Part shown: piece after piece, positions 61,308 through 64,000 of the stretch | Numbering within the stretch: the stretch's first letter is position 1 | Layout: the number at the start of each line of letters is the position of its first letter | Assembly (NCBI GenBank): GCA_965222225.1 | Contig: CBDCTK010000002.1 | Coordinates: 1,568,001 to 1,632,000, forward strand | Origin: Candidatus Poribacteria bacterium | GTDB lineage: Bacteria; Poribacteria; WGA-4E; JAJDTR01 | DNA length: 64,000 bases | Direction: 5' to 3' | Position numbers and translations under genes: made by a program | The notes under the pieces: generated by a model | The model's input: the letters and a program-made list of their open reading frames with translations, nothing else | Databases searched by the model: none | Told to the model about the DNA's origin: nothing

Positions 61308-61691
61308 TTATCTCCGATCGATTTGCTCTAGTGTTACTATCTCCTCGTTCTTGACTTGCTTGAAGTTTGTCGCGTCTCCGAGGAGTTTACCGACAACGTT
61401 AACGGCGCTCGCTGGTCGGATCTCGTTCCCCCGACTCATTGGCGTGGGCCCGAAGAAGATACAGAATGCTTTACCGGGGGGCCAATACGCAATGTCGCCA
61501 AGTTCCACGATGTCTTGTTCGTTCTCGAGTTCTGCGTCCACCGGGATAGAGAAGTAAATCTCGTCTTCCCACGCGTTCCCTGCGGCAGTGATTGGCAATG
61601 CCTCCCATATCTGCGCCGCCGTACGTGAGTTATTAAGTTCAGCGTCCATCACGATGGATTCAGTCGTAATTCGCACCGTCTGTTGCGCCAT
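61308..61691 (-). CDS. Cyclophilin-like fold protein (DUF369/TM1367-like)
   Basis: TA..IWEALP, W.DEIYF, GDIAYWPPG.AFCIFFGPTP. Confidence 0.9.
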   Translation of the reverse strand: MAQQTVRITTESIVMDAELNNSRTAAQIWEALPITAAGNAWEDEIYFSIPVDAELENEQDIVELGDIAYWPPGKAFCIFFGPTPMSRGNEIRPASAVNVVGKLLGDATNFKQVKNEEIVTLEQIDRR

Positions 61692-62070
61692 GTGAAAGAC
61701 CTCCTATTAACTCGCCACGTATGTGGGACAACGCTGTTTCTTAGTTCTTCCTCAACCAAAATGCCCCGGTTTTGACATTGACTTTTCATCGTCATCTTGC
61801 AATAATATATGGTGTTATTCTATCATACACATCAGGTATTCTCAATATAGAAACAGTATTCGCACCATGGCCTACGGCCTTGTTGTCCGTCAATGTCTAG
61901 ATGTCGCACAACAGTCGTGGAAGAGCAAGCGCCAAAGTGAACATCAGCTGCAAACACGTCCGTGTTTTTGATTTTTTTAAGACAAAAGAGTATTTGACTT
62001 GAGCAATCGCTCGGTGCGATAAACTTACATGGAGTGATACTCATAGGAAATGGCTTAACTGAGGTTTGTT

Positions 62071-63078
62071 ATGGAATATAAATCGCTGGGACGAGCGGGA
62101 GTCAAGGTCTCCGAGATTTGTTTGGGAACGATGATGTTTGGCGGTCCAACGGATGAATCAGATTCGGTTCGAATGATTCATCGCGCACTTGATGCAGGTA
62201 TTAATTTCCTCGACACTGCAAATGTGTACAATGATGGTGAATCGGAGAGGATTGTGGGCAAAGCAATTCATTCGGTACGTGACGAGGTGGTAATTGCCAC
62301 CAAGGTGTGTGGTCCCGTGGCGGACGGTCCCAACCAGTCCGGATTAAGTCGCTATCACATAATGTTTCAGGTTGAGGAAAGCCTGCGGCGACTTGGTACG
62401 GATCGAATCGATGTGTACTATCTGCATCGCCCCGATCCAACTACGCCGATTGAAGAATCGCTGCGAGCATTGGACGACTGTGTAAGACAAGGCAAGGTGC
62501 GTTACATCGCTTGCTCAAATTTCGATGCGTGGCGAGTTTGCGAAGGCCTATCAGTTAGTGAACGAATGAACCTAGAACGCTTTGCGTGTGTACAACCCCT
62601 TTATAACATTGTGAATCGAGACGTAGAAGTGGAATTGTTACCGCTGTGTCAGCAGCGCGGTTTGGGCGTTGTTCCGTACAGCCCACTGGCGCGTGGCGTG
62701 CTGTCTGGAAAGTATCGTCCGGGGCAGTCGCCTCCAGACGGATCGCGAGCTGCCCGACGCGACCTTCGTATCCTACAGACTGAACTTCGTGAAGAAACCT
62801 ATGAGGTGGCACAACAGCTCATCCCGTTGGCAGAAGCACACAACAAAACGCTGACCCAGTTTGCATTGGCATGGGTGCTGGCGAACCCCATCGTTACCTC
62901 CGTCATCATAGGTCCAAGGACGATGCAACAACTTGATGATAATCTCGAGTGTTTAGACTGTGTCTTGAGTGACTCGGATGAAGACGCGATTAACCAACTC
63001 GTCCCTCAAGGCGAGCATACTGGTAAAGGGTATAATGACCCGGCGTACCCCGTGCTGGGGCGGCCGATTAGAGCATAA
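62071..63078 (+). CDS. Aldo/keto reductase
   Basis: LGTMMFG, FLDTANVY, SLRRLGTDRIDVYYLH, GKVRYI, YSPLA. Confidence 0.95.
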   Translation: MEYKSLGRAGVKVSEICLGTMMFGGPTDESDSVRMIHRALDAGINFLDTANVYNDGESERIVGKAIHSVRDEVVIATKVCGPVADGPNQSGLSRYHIMFQVEESLRRLGTDRIDVYYLHRPDPTTPIEESLRALDDCVRQGKVRYIACSNFDAWRVCEGLSVSERMNLERFACVQPLYNIVNRDVEVELLPLCQQRGLGVVPYSPLARGVLSGKYRPGQSPPDGSRAARRDLRILQTELREETYEVAQQLIPLAEAHNKTLTQFALAWVLANPIVTSVIIGPRTMQQLDDNLECLDCVLSDSDEDAINQLVPQGEHTGKGYNDPAYPVLGRPIRA

Positions 63079-63147
63079 GTCCAAATTCTGCCACGTGGAC
63101 GAACAGCAATCAAATCGGAACAACGCTCGATACAAAATGGGGATCCA

Positions 63148-64000
63148 ATGTTAGAAAAATTATTCCGTTTACAAGAAGCAGGAACCACACTGAAACGTGA
63201 TATCGTAGCAGGCTGTACGACATTCGCGACACTCTCGTATATTATCTTTGTCCAACCGGCAGTGTTATCCGCGGCAGGAATGGATCCCGGCGCAGTAATG
63301 ACCGCGACATGTATCACTAGCGCATTTGCAATGGTGTTGATGGCGTTCCTCGCCAATTATCCAATTGCTCTTGCACCGGGAATGGGACACAACGTCTTTT
63401 TCACCTACACCGTTTGTGTTGCCTTGCAAGTCCCGTGGCAAACTGCACTTGGCGCTGTTTTCATTGCCGGGGCATTCTTTATTCTGTTTGCGTTTGTCGG
63501 TTTGCGGGAAAAGGTAATGGACATTCTGCCAGTTTCGTTCAGGAATGCCATTCCTGCCGGAATTGGATTACTCATCGCACTTGTGGGCTTGGAATGGTCG
63601 GGACTCATCGTTCAACACCCGGCAACCTATGTCACCCTCGGCAATCTGAAATCGCCACAGGTGCTACTATCGCTGGTCGGTATCGGCATTATGGCGGTCC
63701 TGTTTGCCTTGAACGTGCGAGGTGCTATCTTGATCGGAATTCTCGCCTCAACGGTTGTTGGACTCATTACCGGAATGGTGACATTTCAAGGCGTTGTCTC
63801 TGCTCCGCCCTCTATGGCACCGACCTTCTTCAAGCTGCAGATTCCGAACATTTTCGTACAACCTGAGCTAATCTCAATAATCGTCATATTTATCTTCCTC
63901 GATTTATTCGATACCGTTGGAACATTGATTGGGGTTACCCAACAGGCGGGGTTAATGGTCGATGGCAAGCTGCCGAAGGCACGACAAGCGCTGCTATCTG
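63148..64000 (+). CDS. NCS2 family (AzgA-like) purine permease, 3' partial; absent from the supplied ORF track
   Basis: Manual translation from ATG 63148: MLEKLFRLQEAGTTLKRDIVAGCTTFATLSYIIFVQP...NYPIALAPGMG...AGIGL...DLFDTVGTL. Confidence 0.92.
   Translation, partial: MLEKLFRLQEAGTTLKRDIVAGCTTFATLSYIIFVQPAVLSAAGMDPGAVMTATCITSAFAMVLMAFLANYPIALAPGMGHNVFFTYTVCVALQVPWQTALGAVFIAGAFFILFAFVGLREKVMDILPVSFRNAIPAGIGLLIALVGLEWSGLIVQHPATYVTLGNLKSPQVLLSLVGIGIMAVLFALNVRGAILIGILASTVVGLITGMVTFQGVVSAPPSMAPTFFKLQIPNIFVQPELISIIVIFIFLDLFDTVGTLIGVTQQAGLMVDGKLPKARQALLS

Noticed and set aside
61692-63147. Purine riboswitch controlling the NCS2 permease
   Set aside because: No purine aptamer consensus seen upstream of the permease or of the preceding aldo/keto reductase.

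Overview
Bacterial chromosomal window, most likely Candidatus Poribacteria. That assignment is an inference from a T9SS/FlgD-type C-terminal domain, C-terminal dockerin pairs and an AVxPxGKLATTW tail. The window holds about 50 mostly housekeeping or metabolic genes, including argF, hup, ugd, selA-selB-selC (tRNA-Sec), cmk-plsC, miaA, larA-minCDE, transporters and oxidoreductases. It starts with a GC-richer surface-protein locus: a >1990-aa Ig-repeat protein with a T9SS-type CTD, a PorV-like barrel and a LysM protein. A decayed IS3-family element lies at 35934-37314. The most unusual feature is a very small (~30-36 bp) repeat, GATCAA-NN-GA-NN-GRATA-NN-GA-NN-GCGATAG, present in about 24 complete copies. 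Its four hypervariable dinucleotides co-vary as base pairs, giving a strand-specific hairpin with tandem G.A pairs. It forms nested and tandem arrays inside GTAG-REPs and IS5-like MITEs at 8.1-16.6 kb, and two single copies frameshift the IS3 transposase, which indicates it can move on its own. No mobilising enzyme is encoded in the window. All counts were made by hand and no database searches were run.
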